From positions 126,606,001-126,670,000 of the forward strand of contig CM059431.1 of the NCBI GenBank assembly GCA_030390025.1: a stretch of 64,000 nt of DNA, written 5' to 3'. Numbering within the stretch: the stretch's first letter is position 1; each line of letters opens with the position of its first letter. The notes beneath the pieces are model-generated. The model did no database searches. It saw nothing but the letters and a program-made list of their open reading frames with translations, and was not told the DNA's origin. This DNA is from Squalus acanthias. Lineage: Eukaryota. The translations under genes were made by a program, and so were the position numbers. This document shows, in pieces, positions 48,979 to 60,971 of this stretch.

Positions 48979-51900
48979 CGGGGACGGGTCCGAATGGAGA
49001 GAAGGGGCGGGTCCGTTTGGAGAGAAGGGGCGGGTCAGGATGGAGAGCAGGGACGGGTCTGGATGGAGAGAAGGGGTGGGTCAGGATGGAGAGAAGGGGT
49101 GGGTCAGGATGGAGAGAAGGGGCGGGTCAGGATGGAGAGAAGGGGTGGGTCAGGATGGAGAGACGGGGCGGGTCAGGATGGAGAGAAGGGGCGGGTAAGG
49201 ATGGAGAGAAGGGGCGGGTCAGGATGGAGAGCAGGGACGGGTCTCGATGGAGAGAAGGGGTGGGTCAGGATGGAGAGAAGGGGTGGGTCAGGATGGAGAG
49301 AAGGGGCGGGTCAGGATGGAGAGAAGGGGCGGGTCAGGATGGAGAGACGGGGTGGGTCAGGATGGAGAGAAGGGGTGGGTCTGGATGGAGAGCAGGGACG
49401 GGTCAGGATGGAGAGAAGGGGCGGGTCAGGATGGAGAGCAGGGACGGGTCTAGATGGAGAGAAGGGGCGGGTCAGGATGGAGAGACGGGGCGGGTCAGGA
49501 TGGAGAGAAGGGGTGGGTCTGGATGGACAGCAGGGACGGGTCAGGATGGAGAGAAGGGGCGGGTCAGGATGGAGAGACGGGGCGGGTCAGGATGGAGAGA
49601 AGGGGTGGGTCTGGATGGAGAGCAGGGACGGGTCAGGATGGAGAGAAGGGGCGGGTCAGGATGGAGAGCAGGGACGGGTCTGGATGGAGAGAAGGGGCGG
49701 GTCAGGATGGAGAGCAGGGGCGGGTCAGGATGGAGAGCAGGGGCGGGTCAGGATGGAGAGAAGGGGTGGGTCTGGATGGAGAGCAGGGACGGGTCAGGAT
49801 GGAGAGAAGGGGTGGGTCAGGATGGAGAGAAGGGGCGGGTAAGGATGGAGAGAAGGGGCGGGTCAGGATGGAGAGCAGGGACGGGTCTCGATGGAGAGAA
49901 GGGGTGGGTCAGGATGGAGAGAAGGGGTGGGTCAGGATGGAGAGAAGGGGCGGGTCAGGATGGAGAGAAGGGGCGGGTCAGGATGGAGAGACGGGGCGGG
50001 TCAGGATGGAGAGAAGGGGTGGGTCTGGATGGAGAGCAGGGACGGGTCAGGATGGAGAGAAGGGGCGGGTCAGGATGGAGAGCAGGGACGGGTCTAGATG
50101 GAGAGAAGGGGCGGGTCAGGATGGAGAGACGGGGCGGGTCAGGATGGAGAGAAGGGGTGGGTCTGGATGGAGAGCAGGGACGGGTCAGGATGGAGAGAAG
50201 GGGCGGGTCAGGATGGAGAGACGGGGCGGGTCAGGATGGAGAGAAGGGGTGGGTCTGGATGGAGAGCAGGGACGGGTAAGGATGGAGAGAAGGGGCGGGT
50301 CAGGATGGAGAGCAGGGACGGGTCTGGATGGAGAGAAGGGGCGGGTCAGGATGGAGAGCAGGGGCGGGTCAGGATGGAGAGCAGGGGCGGGTCAGGATGG
50401 AGAGAAGGGGTGGGTCTGGATGGAGAGCAGGGACGGGTCAGGATGGAGAGAAGGGGTGGGTCTGGATGGAGAGCAGGGATGGGTCAGGATGGAGAGAGGG
50501 GGCAGGTCCGGATGGAGAGCGGGGGTGTGTCAGGATGGAGAGCGGGGGTGGGTCAGGATGGAGAGAAGGGGCGGGTCGGGATGGAGAGAAGGGGCGGGTC
50601 TGGATGGAGAGCAGGGACGGGTCAGGATGGAGAGAATGGGCGGGTCCGGATGGAGAGCAGGAGCGGGTCAGGATGGAGAGAATGGGCGGGTCCGGATGGA
50701 GAGCAGGAGCGGGTCAGGATGGAGAGAAGGGGCGGGTCAGGATGGAGAGAAGGGGCGGGTCAGGATGGAGAGAAGAGGCGGGTCAGGATGGAGAGAAGGG
50801 GCGGGTCAGGATGGAGAGAAGAGGCGGGTCAGGATGGAGAGAAGGGGCGGGTCAGGATGGAGAGAAGAGGCGGGTCAGGATGGAGAGAAGGGGCGGGTCA
50901 GGATGGAGAGAAGAGGCGGGTCAGGATGGAGAGAAGGGGCGGGTCAGGATGGAGAGAAGGGGCGGGTCAGGATGGAGAGAAGAGGCGGGTCAGGATGGAG
51001 AGAAGCGGCGGGTCAGGATGGAGAGAAGGGGCGGGTCAGGATGGAGAGAAGGGGCGGGTCAGGATGGAGAGAAGGGGCGGGTCAGGATGGAGAGAAGAGG
51101 CGGGTCAGGATGGAGAGAAGGGGCGGGTCAGGATGGAGAGAAGGGGCGGGTCAGGATGGAGAGAAGAGGCGGGTCAGGATGGAGAGAAGCGGCGGGTCAG
51201 GATGGAGAGAAGAGGCGGGTCAGGATGGAGAGAAGGGGCGGGTCAGGATGGAGAAAAGAGGCGGGTCAGGATGGAGAGAAGGGGCGGGTCAGGATGGAGA
51301 GAAGGGGCGGGTCAGGATGGAGAGCAGGGACGGGTCTGGATGGAGAGAAGGGGCGGGTCAGGATGGAGAGAAGGGGTGGGTCAGGATGGAGAGAAGGGGC
51401 GGGTCAGGATGGAGAGAAGGGGCGGGTCAGGATGGAGAGAATGGGCGGGTCAGGATGGAGAGCAGGGGTGGGTCCGGATGGAGAGAAGGGGCGGGTCTGG
51501 ATGGAGAGAATGGGCGGGTCCGGATGGAGAGAAGGGATGGGTCAGGATGGAGAGCAGGGGCGGGTCAGGATGGAGAGAAGGGGCGGGTCAGGATGGAGAG
51601 AAGGGGCGGGTCAGGATGGAGAGAATGGGCGGGTCAGGATGGAGAGCAGGGGTGGGTCCGAATGGAGAGAAGGGGCGGGTCTGGATGGAGAGAATGGGCG
51701 GGTCTGGATGGAGAGAAGGGATGGGTCAGGATGGAGAGCAGGGGCGGGTCAGGATGGAGAGCAGGGGCGGGTCAGGATGGAGAGAAAGGGGCGGGTCTGG
51801 ATGGAGAGAAAGGGGCGGGTCAGGATGGAGAGAATGGGCGGGTCCGGATGGAGAGAATGGGCGGGTCAGGATGGAGAGAAAGGGGCGGGTCAGGATGGAG

Positions 51901-54900
51901 AGAATGGGCGGGTCCGGATGGATGAAAGGGGCGGGTCTGGATGTAGAGAATGGGCGGGACAGGATGGAGAGCAGGGGCGGGTCAGGATGGAGAGAAAGGG
52001 GCGGGTCTGGATGGAGAGAAAGGGGCGGGACAGGATGGAGAGCAGGGGCGGGTCAGGATGGAGAGAAAGGGGCGGGTCTGGATGGAGAGAAAGGGGCGGG
52101 TCAGGATGGAGAGAAGGGGCGGGTCAGGATGGAGAGAAGGGGTGGGTCAGGATGGAGAGAAGGGGCGGGTCCGGATGGAGAGAAGGGGCGGGTCCGGATG
52201 GAGAGAAGGGGCGGGTCAGGATGGAGAGAAGGGGCGGGTCAGGATGGAGAGAAGGGGCGGGTCAGGATGGAGAGAATGGGCGTGTCTGGATGGAGAGAAG
52301 GGGGCGGGTCAGGATGGAGAGAAGGGGCGGGTCCGGATGGAGAGAATGGGCAGGTCAGGATGGAGAGAAGGGGCGGGTCAGGATGGAGAGAAGGGGCGGG
52401 TCAGGATGGAGAGAAGGGGCGGGTCCGGATGGAGAGAAGGGGCGGGTCAGGATGGAGAGAATGGGCGGGTCAGGATGGAGAGAAGGGGCGCGTCAGGATG
52501 GAGAGAATGGGCGGGTCAGGATGGAGAGAAGGGGTGGGTCAGGATGGAGAGAAGGGGCGGGTCAGGATGGAGAGAATGGGCGGGTCCGGATGGAGAGAAG
52601 GGGCGGGTCAGGATGGAGAGAAGGGGTGGGTCAGGATGGAGAGAATGGGCGGGTCCGGATGGAGAGAAGGGGCGGGTCAGGATGGAGAGCAGGGGCGGGT
52701 CAGGATGGAGAGAAGGGGCGGGTCAGGATGGAGAGAAGAGGCGGGTCAGGATGGAGAGAAGGGACGGGTCAGGATGGAGAGAAGAGGCAGGTCAGGATGG
52801 AGAGAAGGGGCGGGTCAGGATGGAGAGAAGAGGCGGGTCAGGATGGAGAGAAGGGGCGGGTCAGGATGGAGAGAAGAGGCGGGTCAGGATGGAGAGAAGG
52901 GGCGGGTCAGGATGGAGAGAAGGGGCGGGTCAGGATGGAGAGAAGAGGCGGGTCAGGATGGAGAGAAGCGGCGGGTCAGGATGGAGAGAAGGGGCGGGTC
53001 AGGATGGAGAGAAGGGGCGGGTCAGGATGGAGAGAAGGGGCGGGTCAGGATGGAGAGAAGAGGCGGGTCAGGATGGAGAGAAGGGGCGGGTCAGGATGGA
53101 GAGAAGGGGCGGGTCAGGATGGAGAGAAGAGGCGGGTCAGGATGGAGAGAAGCGGCGGGTCAGGATGGAGAGAAGAGGCGGGTCAGGATGGAGAGAAGGG
53201 GCGGGTCAGGATGGAGAAAAGAGGCGGGTCAGGATGGAGAGAAGGGGCGGGTCAGGATGGAGAGAAGGGGCGGGTCAGGATGGCGAGCAGGGACGGGTCT
53301 GGATGGAGAGAAGGGGCGGGTCAGGATGGAGAGAAGGGGTGGGTCAGGATGGAGAGAAGGGGCGGGTCAGGATGGAGAGAAGGGGCGGGTCAGGATGGAG
53401 AGAATGGGCGGGTCAGGATGGATGGAGAGCAGGGGTGGGTCCGGATGGAGAGAAGGGGCGGGTCTGGATGGAGAGAATGGGCGGGTCCGGATGGAGAGAA
53501 GGGATGGGTCAGGATGGAGAGCAGGGGCGGGTCAGGATGGAGAGAAGGGGCGGGTCAGGATGGAGAGAAGGGGCGGGTCAGGATGGAGAGAATGGGCGGG
53601 TCAGGATGGAGAGCAGGGGTGGGTCCGGATGGAGAGAAGGGGCGGGTCTGGATGGAGAGAATGGGCGGGTCTGGATGGAGAGAAGGGATGGGTCAGGATG
53701 GAGAGCAGGGGCGGGTCAGGATGGAGAGCAGGGGCGGGTCAGGATGGAGAGAAAGGGGCGGGTCTGGATGGAGAGAAAGGGGCGGGTCAGGATGGAGAGA
53801 ATGGGCGGGTCCGGATGGAGAGAATGGGCGGGTCAGGATGGAGAGAAAGGGGCGGGTCAGGATGGAGAGAATGGGCGGGTCCGGATGGATGAAAGGGGCG
53901 GGTCTGGATGTAGAGAATGGGCGGGACAGGATGGAGAGCAGGGGCGGGTCAGGATGGAGAGAAAGGGGCGGGTCTGGATGGAGAGAAAGGGGCGGGACAG
54001 GATGGAGAGCAGGGGCGGGTCAGGATGGAGAGAAAGGGGCGGGTCTGGATGGAGAGAAAGGGGCGGGTCAGGATGGAGAGAAGGGGCGGGTCAGGATGGA
54101 GAGAAGGGGTGGGTCAGGATGGAGAGAAGGGGCGGGTCCGGATGGAGAGAAGGGGCGGGTCCGGATGGAGAGAAGGGGCGGGTCAGGATGGAGAGAAGGG
54201 GCGGGTCAGGATGGAGAGAAGGGGCGGGTCAGGATGGAGAGAATGGGCGTGTCTGGATGGAGAGAAGGGGGCGGGTCAGGATGGAGAGAAGGGGCGGGTC
54301 CGGATGGAGAGAATGGGCAGGTCAGGATGGAGAGAAGGGGCGGGTCAGGATGGAGAGAAGGGGCGGGTCAGGATGGAGAGAAGGGGCGGGTCCGGATGGA
54401 GAGAAGGGGCGGGTCAGGATGGAGAGAATGGGCGGGTCAGGATGGAGAGAAGGGGCGCGTCAGGATGGAGAGAATGGGCGGGTCAGGATGGAGAGAAGGG
54501 GTGGGTCAGGATGGAGAGAAGGGGCGGGTCAGGATGGAGAGAATGGGCGGGTCCGGATGGAGAGAAGGGGCGGGTCAGGATGGAGAGAAGGGGTGGGTCA
54601 GGATGGAGAGAATGGGCGGGTCCGGATGGAGAGAAGGGGCGGGTCAGGATGGAGAGCAGGGGCGGGTCAGGATGGAGAGAAGGGGCGGGTCCGGATGGAG
54701 AGAAGGGGCGGGTCAGGATGGAGAGAAGGGGCGGGTCAGGATGGAGAGAATGGGCGGGTCCGGATGGAGAGAAGGGGCGGGTCAGGATGGAGAGCAGGGG
54801 CGGGTCAGGATGGAGAGAAGGGGCGGGTCCGGATGGAGAGAAGGGGCGGGTCAGGATGGAGAGAAGGGGCGGGTCAGGATGGAGAGAAGGGGCGGGTCAG

Positions 54901-54949
54901 GATGGAGAGAAGGGGCGGGTCAGGATGGAGAGAAGGGGCGGGTCAGGAT
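48979..54949 (+). repeat. 23-bp G-rich minisatellite, ~260 copies (gggtcaggatggagagaaggggc)
   Basis: Direct reading; variant units recur at 644-bp and 1967-bp offsets. Confidence 0.97.
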
Positions 54950-55555
54950 AAATCCATACCTGACTTCCAACTGAAAGGGAAAGACAGCATAATGTCACAC
55001 TGAATGGTGGTAGATGTTTGTGAAGTACATTTACCTGTATTGTGTTTAAGTTGTTTTTTATTGAAAATAGTGCATGTGACTAAAATGGTGTCTGCATAGA
55101 CTCGCCTTTTTTCAATTGGATAACACTAATCTAGTTGATGAAAGAAGGGTTTTAAAGCCTGTGATACTGTTCAGTTCTGGGATACTTTCTGGGGGAGAAA
55201 TTCATTATAGCCTCTTTTGAGGGGCTAAAACTTCGGATGTGGAAAAATTATTGCCAGGCACTAATGATGAGAGGCTTCGGCAAAATTCAGTTGTTGCGCT
55301 CCAAAAGGGAAGTGGAGCGCTAAATCAAGCACTACCACTTCCCTTAGAGCGGTAAAGGGAGTGCGAGGGGAGGTATCGGCAGAGCGCTGATCAATGTTCC
55401 GTGCAGCGCTGCCGGATTCGCAGGCTCCTTCCCGTCCTTAAAGGGAAGGGCCAATGCTCACAGCAGTTAATGATGTGGAGATGCCGGAGTTGGACTGGGG
55501 TGGACAAAAATAAGAAGTCGCACAACACCAGGTTATAGTCCAACAGTTTTATTTG

Positions 55556-55600
55556 AAATCACGAGCTTTCGGAGCACTGCTCCTTCGTCAGGTAAAGTGA
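55556..55600 (-). ncRNA. Minimal type I hammerhead ribozyme motif in the Penelope pLTR
   Basis: Minus strand ttac-CTGACGA-a-ggagc-agt-gctcc-GAAA-gctc-gtga. Confidence 0.8.
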
Positions 55601-57562
55601 AGGAATACAAATCAGCAAAGCATATATAGACAGAGAACAATGTGTAGCGTACAATGTCAGACGACTATAGTAAATCTTTCTGACTGCCCTCCATCACACC
55701 TCGGCAGAGAGACAATCAGGCCAGTTAGGAAGGCATTACATCAAAGACACAGCAAAATGCAGCTAAGACAATGAGGTGGGGTCACAGGGGGTCCAATGTG
55801 TCAAATGCTGCAGTCTGTATGGTTAAGCTTTTTACTTTTTTTAAAAACTGGAAATCACATCTGTGAACAAGCCAACGACGACTCAAGTCTGGATGACTCT
55901 ACGTCATGTAGCGTGACATGAAACCAAGATCCCGGTTGAGGCCGTCCTCATGGGTGCGGTACTTGGCTATCAGTTTCTGCTCGATGATTTTGTGTTGTCG
56001 TGTGTCTCAAAGGCCGCCTTGGAGAACGCATACCCGCAGATCCGAGGCTGAATGTCCTTGACTGCTGAAGTGTTCCCCGACTGGGAGGTAACAATCCTGC
56101 CTGGTGATTGTTGCACGGTGTCCGTTCATACGTTGTCACAGTGTCTGCATGGTCTCGCCGATGTACCATGCTCTGGAGCATCCTTTACTGCAACGTATGA
56201 GGTAGACAACGTTGGCCGAGTCACATGAGTATGTACCATGTACCTGGTGGATAGTGTCCTCACGTGTGATGATGGTATCTGTGTTGATGATCTGGCATGC
56301 CTTGCAGAGGTTGCCGTGGCAGGGTTGTGTGGTGTCGTGGTCGCTGTTCTCCTGACAGCTGGGTAATTTGCTGCGAACGATGGTACTTTTGAGGTTAGGC
56401 GGCTGCTTGAAGGCGAGTAGTGGAGGCATGGGGATGGCCTTAGTGAGGTGTTCGTCGTCATCGATGACATGTTGAAGGCTGCGAAGAACATGGCGTAGTT
56501 TCTCCGCTCCGGGGAAGTACTGGACGACGTAGGGTACTCTGTTGGTTGTGTCCCGTGTTCGCCTTCTGAGGAGGTCTATGCGATTTTTCGCTGTGGCCTG
56601 TCGGAACTGTCGATCGACGAGTCGAGCGTCATATCCCGTTCTTACGAGGGCGTCTTTCAGCGTCCATAGGTGTCCATTGCGTTCCCCCTCGTCTGAGCAG
56701 ATCCTGTGTATTCGTAGGGCTTGTCCATAGGGGATGGCTTCTTTAACGTGGTTAGGGTGGAAGCTGGAGAAGTGGAGCATCGTGAGGTTGTCCGTGGGCT
56801 TGCGGTAGAGTGAAGTGCTGAGGTGTCCGTCTTTGATGGAGATTCGTGTGTCCAAGAATGAAACCGATTCTGAGGAGTAGTCCATGGTGAGTTTGATGGT
56901 GGGATGGAACCTGTTGATGTTAGCGTGTAATCCTTTCAGTGATCCTTCGCCGTGGTTGTACCATCGTTCGCAGCAAATTACCCAGCTGTCAGGAGAACAG
57001 CGACCACGACACCACACAACCCTGCCACGGCAACCTCTGCAAGACATGCCAGATCATCAACACAGATACCATCAACACACGTGAGGACACTACCCACCAG
57101 GTACATGGTACATACTCATGTGACACTGCGACAACGTTGTCTACCTCATACGTTGCAGGAAAGGATGCACCGCAGCATGGTACATCGGCGAGACCATGCA
57201 GACACTGTGACAACGTATGAACGGACACCGCGCAACAATCGCCAGGCAGGATTGTTACCTCCCAGTCGGGGAACACTCGAGTCGTCGTTGGCTTGTTCAC
57301 AGATGTGATTTCCAGTTTTAAAAAAAAGTAAAAAGCTTAACCATACAGACTGCAGCATTTGACACGTTGGACCCCCTGTGACCCCACCTCATTGTCTTAG
57401 CTGTATTTTGCTGTGTCTTTGATGTAATGCCTTCCTAACTGGCCTGATTGTATCTCTGCCGAGGTGTGATGGAGGGCAGTCAGAAAGATTTACTGTAGTC
57501 ATCTGACATTGTACGCTACACATTGTTCTCTGTCTATATATGCTTTGCTGATTTGTATTCCT

Positions 57563-57606
57563 TCACTTTACCTGACGAAGGAGCAGCGCTCCGAAAGCTC
57601 GTGATT
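57563..57606 (+). ncRNA. Minimal type I hammerhead ribozyme motif in the inverted pLTR
   Basis: ttac-CTGACGA-a-ggagc-agc-gctcc-GAAA-gctc-gtga. Confidence 0.8.
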
Positions 57607-59039
57607 TCAAATAAAACTGTTGGACTATAACCTGGTGTTGTGCGACTTCTCATTTTTGTCCACAGCAGTTAAAGGTAAGGTTGGGGATGGGTCGGTGACG
57701 GCACCTGCGATCCGCGAGGAGCAGCCCCAAGCTCTCTAAGAGAGGGCAGGCTGATCAATCGTGGCAATGAAAAATTTAAAAAAACAGCACCAAGGGGTGA
57801 GAACATTTTTTTGGCCTACCTGACCACCAATCCCTTTAATTACCGCTCCCCAAGCGGCCGGCCGAGGTCACAACACCTCCTGCAGCTGCCGTTGCTGATG
57901 CCCAGCGAAGCTGCAGGGGGCGGAAGTGAATTTAGGATCCGGGGTGGTAACAGGGCGATGTGCGTCACGATCTCTGGGGCGCTGGAGATCGAGGCGGTAA
58001 GTTTTACCGCCGGCGCTACCCCCCATTTAATTTCGCGTGAGCCGTTTCTTTTGCCGCGCCCGGTCGGGAAGTCGTTAGCGCCCCATTATCGCCCCCTGGA
58101 GGCGATAACGGGAGGCGCACAGGAGGCCAATTACTAGCCCTCTGTCTTCTACTATATACCTACTCATGACCATGTTCAGATATAAACCTCAGTTTGCTAC
58201 TTTTATATTGTCTTTAATTATCAAATGCATTATTTCTGTTTCTGGTATTAAAATAATCAGATTATTCAAACATCCTATGCGTTAAAACACCTTTTGGAAA
58301 GTTTTGTTTATAGTCTTAAAGCAGAATCTTATATTAGATTATTTATCTCCTACAATACTTTATGCAAGTCTATTCCAGGAAAAATATAGCAGCTAGAGTT
58401 ATTATTACATTCTAGATAGATGTCAACAGTTCCTTGTAAACCATAGCAAAAAACCGCTTCTTCTGATTCTGGATTGCTTTTCCCTCATTACAAATAACTG
58501 TTGCCCATACTCTGATTTTAGCTTCAATTCCCTTTACAGCTGACTTCTATTTCGTTCCCTACAGGTCTCTTTCCTAGCACTCACTTGAGGTCTAACCTTT
58601 ATGAACAATTGCAGCACCAACCCACTATTAATTCCTAAGCCAAATCAAAGAAACAGGAACCTATCTTAGACTCCAGTTTCCATAGTAACCAATCCATTAA
58701 AAACTGTAGGAGTTATCAGAGACATAGTGATTCTCAAAATCTGCATTTGCTATTCTTCACATAACAGAAATAACACGCACAAAAACATATTACTTTACTG
58801 CACAAAGGAATGCTCAGTTTGTTTATGGCTGCATAGATACACACAGCAGTTAGATTTTTATCTTCACTGCCTGGCCAGTAATCTGGTGGATTATAGAACC
58901 CATCTGATTTTCATTCCATTGATTTTGGTGAAGATGAAAATCTGCCTCACAGTGATGGGTCTGATAGTGCAGTCCTATTTCCTGCATCCAAATGAGTTTG
59001 ACCTCATACAATAATACAACGTCAACTCATTTAAATATT

Positions 59040-60730
59040 TCGGAGGCAGCGGCTGTGGGACATCAAGAAGAGAGCGGAGGAACAGCACGGACCTAATCGG
59101 AGGCAGCGGTGGAACATAAAGGAGAGAGCAGAGGAACAGCACCGTCCTAATCGGAGGCAGCGGTGGAACATAAAGGAGAGAGCGGAGGAACAGCACGGAC
59201 CTAATCGGAGGCAGCGGTGGAACATAAAGGAGGGAGCGGAGGAACAGCACCGTCCTAATCGGAGGCAGCGGCGGTGGAACATAAAGGAGAGAGCAGAGGA
59301 AGAGCATGGTCCTAATCGGAGGCAGCGGCGGTCGAACATAAAGGAGAGAGCGGAGGAACAGCATGGTCCTAATCGGAGGCAGCGGCGGTCGAACATAAAG
59401 GAGAGAGCGGAGGAACAGCATGGTCCTAATCGGAGGCAGCGGCGGTGGAACATAAAGGAGAGAGCAGAGGAAGAGCATGGTCCTAATCGGAGGCAGCGGC
59501 GGTCGAACATAAAGGAGAGAGCGGAGGAACAGCATGGTCCTAATCGGAGGCAGCGGCGGTCGAACATAAAGGAGAGAGCGGAGGAACAGCATGGTCCTAA
59601 TCGGAGGCAGCGGCGGTCGAACATAAAGGAGAGAGCGGAGGAACAGCATGGTCCTAATCGGAGGCAGCGGCGGTGGAACATAAAGGAGAGAGCGGAGGAA
59701 CAGCACGGTCCTAATCGGAGGCAGCGGCGGTCGAACATAAAGGAGAGAGCAGAGGAACAGCACGGTCCTAATCGGAGGCAGCGGTGGAACATAAAGGAGA
59801 GAGCAGAGGAACAGCACGGTCCTAATCGGAGGCAGCGGTGGAACATAAAGGAGAGAGCAGAGGAACAGCACCGTCCTAATCGGAGGCAGCGGTGGAACAT
59901 AAAGGAGAGAGCGGAGGAACAGCACGGTCCTAATCGGAGGCAGCGGTGGAACATAAAGGAGAGAGCAGAGGAACAGCACCGTCCTAATCGGAGGCAGCGG
60001 TGGAACATAAAGGAGAGAGCAGAGGAAGAGCATGGTCCTAATCGGAGGCAGTGGCGGTCGAACATAAAGGAGAGAGCGGAGGAACAGCATGGTCCTAATC
60101 GGAGGCAGCGGCGGTCGAACATAAAGGAGAGAGCGGAGGAACAGCATGGTCCTAATCGGAGGCAGCGGCGGTCGAACATAAAGGAGAGAGCGGAGGAACA
60201 GCATGGTCCTAATCGGAGGCAGCGGCGGTGGAACATAAAGGAGAGAGCGGAGGAACAGCATGGTCCTAATCGGAGGCAGCGGCGGTCGAACATAAAGGAG
60301 AGAGCGGAGGAACAGCATGGTCCTAATCGGAGGCAGCGGCGGTGGAACATAAAGGAGAGAGCGGAGGAACAGCATGGTCCTAATCGGAGGCAGCGGCGGT
60401 GGAACATAAAGGAGAGAGCGGAGGAACAGCATGGTCCTAATCGGAGGCAGCGGTCGAAAATAAAGGAGAGAGCGGAGGAACAGCACCGTCCTAATCGGAG
60501 GCAGCGGTGGAACATAAAGGAGAGAGCAGAGGAACAGCACGGACCTAATTGGAGACAGCGGTGGAACATAAAGGAGAGAGCGGAGGAACAGCACGGACCT
60601 AATCGGAGGCAGCGGTCGAACATAAAGGAGAGAGCGGAGGAACAGCGTGGACCTAATTGGAGACAGCGGTGGAACATAAAGGAGAGAGCAGAGGAACAGC
60701 ACGGTCCTAATCGGAGGCAGCGGCGGTCGA
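59040..60730 (+). repeat. 54/57-bp CpG-rich tandem array, ~30 copies
   Basis: Unit cctaatcggaggcagcgg(cgg)tSgaacataaaggagagagcRgaggaacagcaYggt. Confidence 0.95.
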
Positions 60731-60971
60731 ATCTTCCACAATTTCAAAAAAAAACAAGGTGTCACGTCACAGGACAGCAGGTAACTGATTGGTTGGTGAG
60801 TATCAAGGGTTTTTTCTTCTCTCTAAACTAAGACAGTGGTTTAATCTACGAGCGGGAAACTACAACATACTGTTTTAAATTTATAGCTTAACTAGTTAAA
60901 CTAATTAATATAAATAATTGTTGAATAAAGACTTTAACTAATTAAATAAATAAAACAAGGCTAGACTAAGA

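Larger units (their letters stand above)
55471..57660 (-). mobile_element. Penelope-like retroelement, 5'-truncated, with inverted 5' arm
   Basis: RT thumb (FLDT, YRKPT, HP..VKEAIPYGQALR) and GIY-YIG (VVYLIRC...WYIGET) at ~56955-55900; 56958-57663 is an inverted copy of 56386-55500; 12-bp direct repeat cacagcagttaa at 55459 and 57661. Confidence 0.92.
55191..58140. mobile_element. Harbinger MITE hosting a Penelope insertion
   Basis: Ends gggggagaaatt / aattactagccc; perfect TSD TCT. Confidence 0.8.

Noticed and set aside
48910..55003. Giant ORFs (up to 1548 aa) of MERRGGSGWREGAGQDGEKGRVR repeats
   Set aside because: The 23-bp unit lacks stops in all three + frames and the frames shift freely; this is a minisatellite artefact
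59040..60730. CRISPR-like array
   Set aside because: No unique spacers, no cas genes, eukaryotic context
58975..60765. 596-aa and 548-aa minus-strand repetitive ORFs
   Set aside because: They are translations of the 54/57-bp array; no start, splice or homology support. The in-frame unit lengths are noted but insufficient
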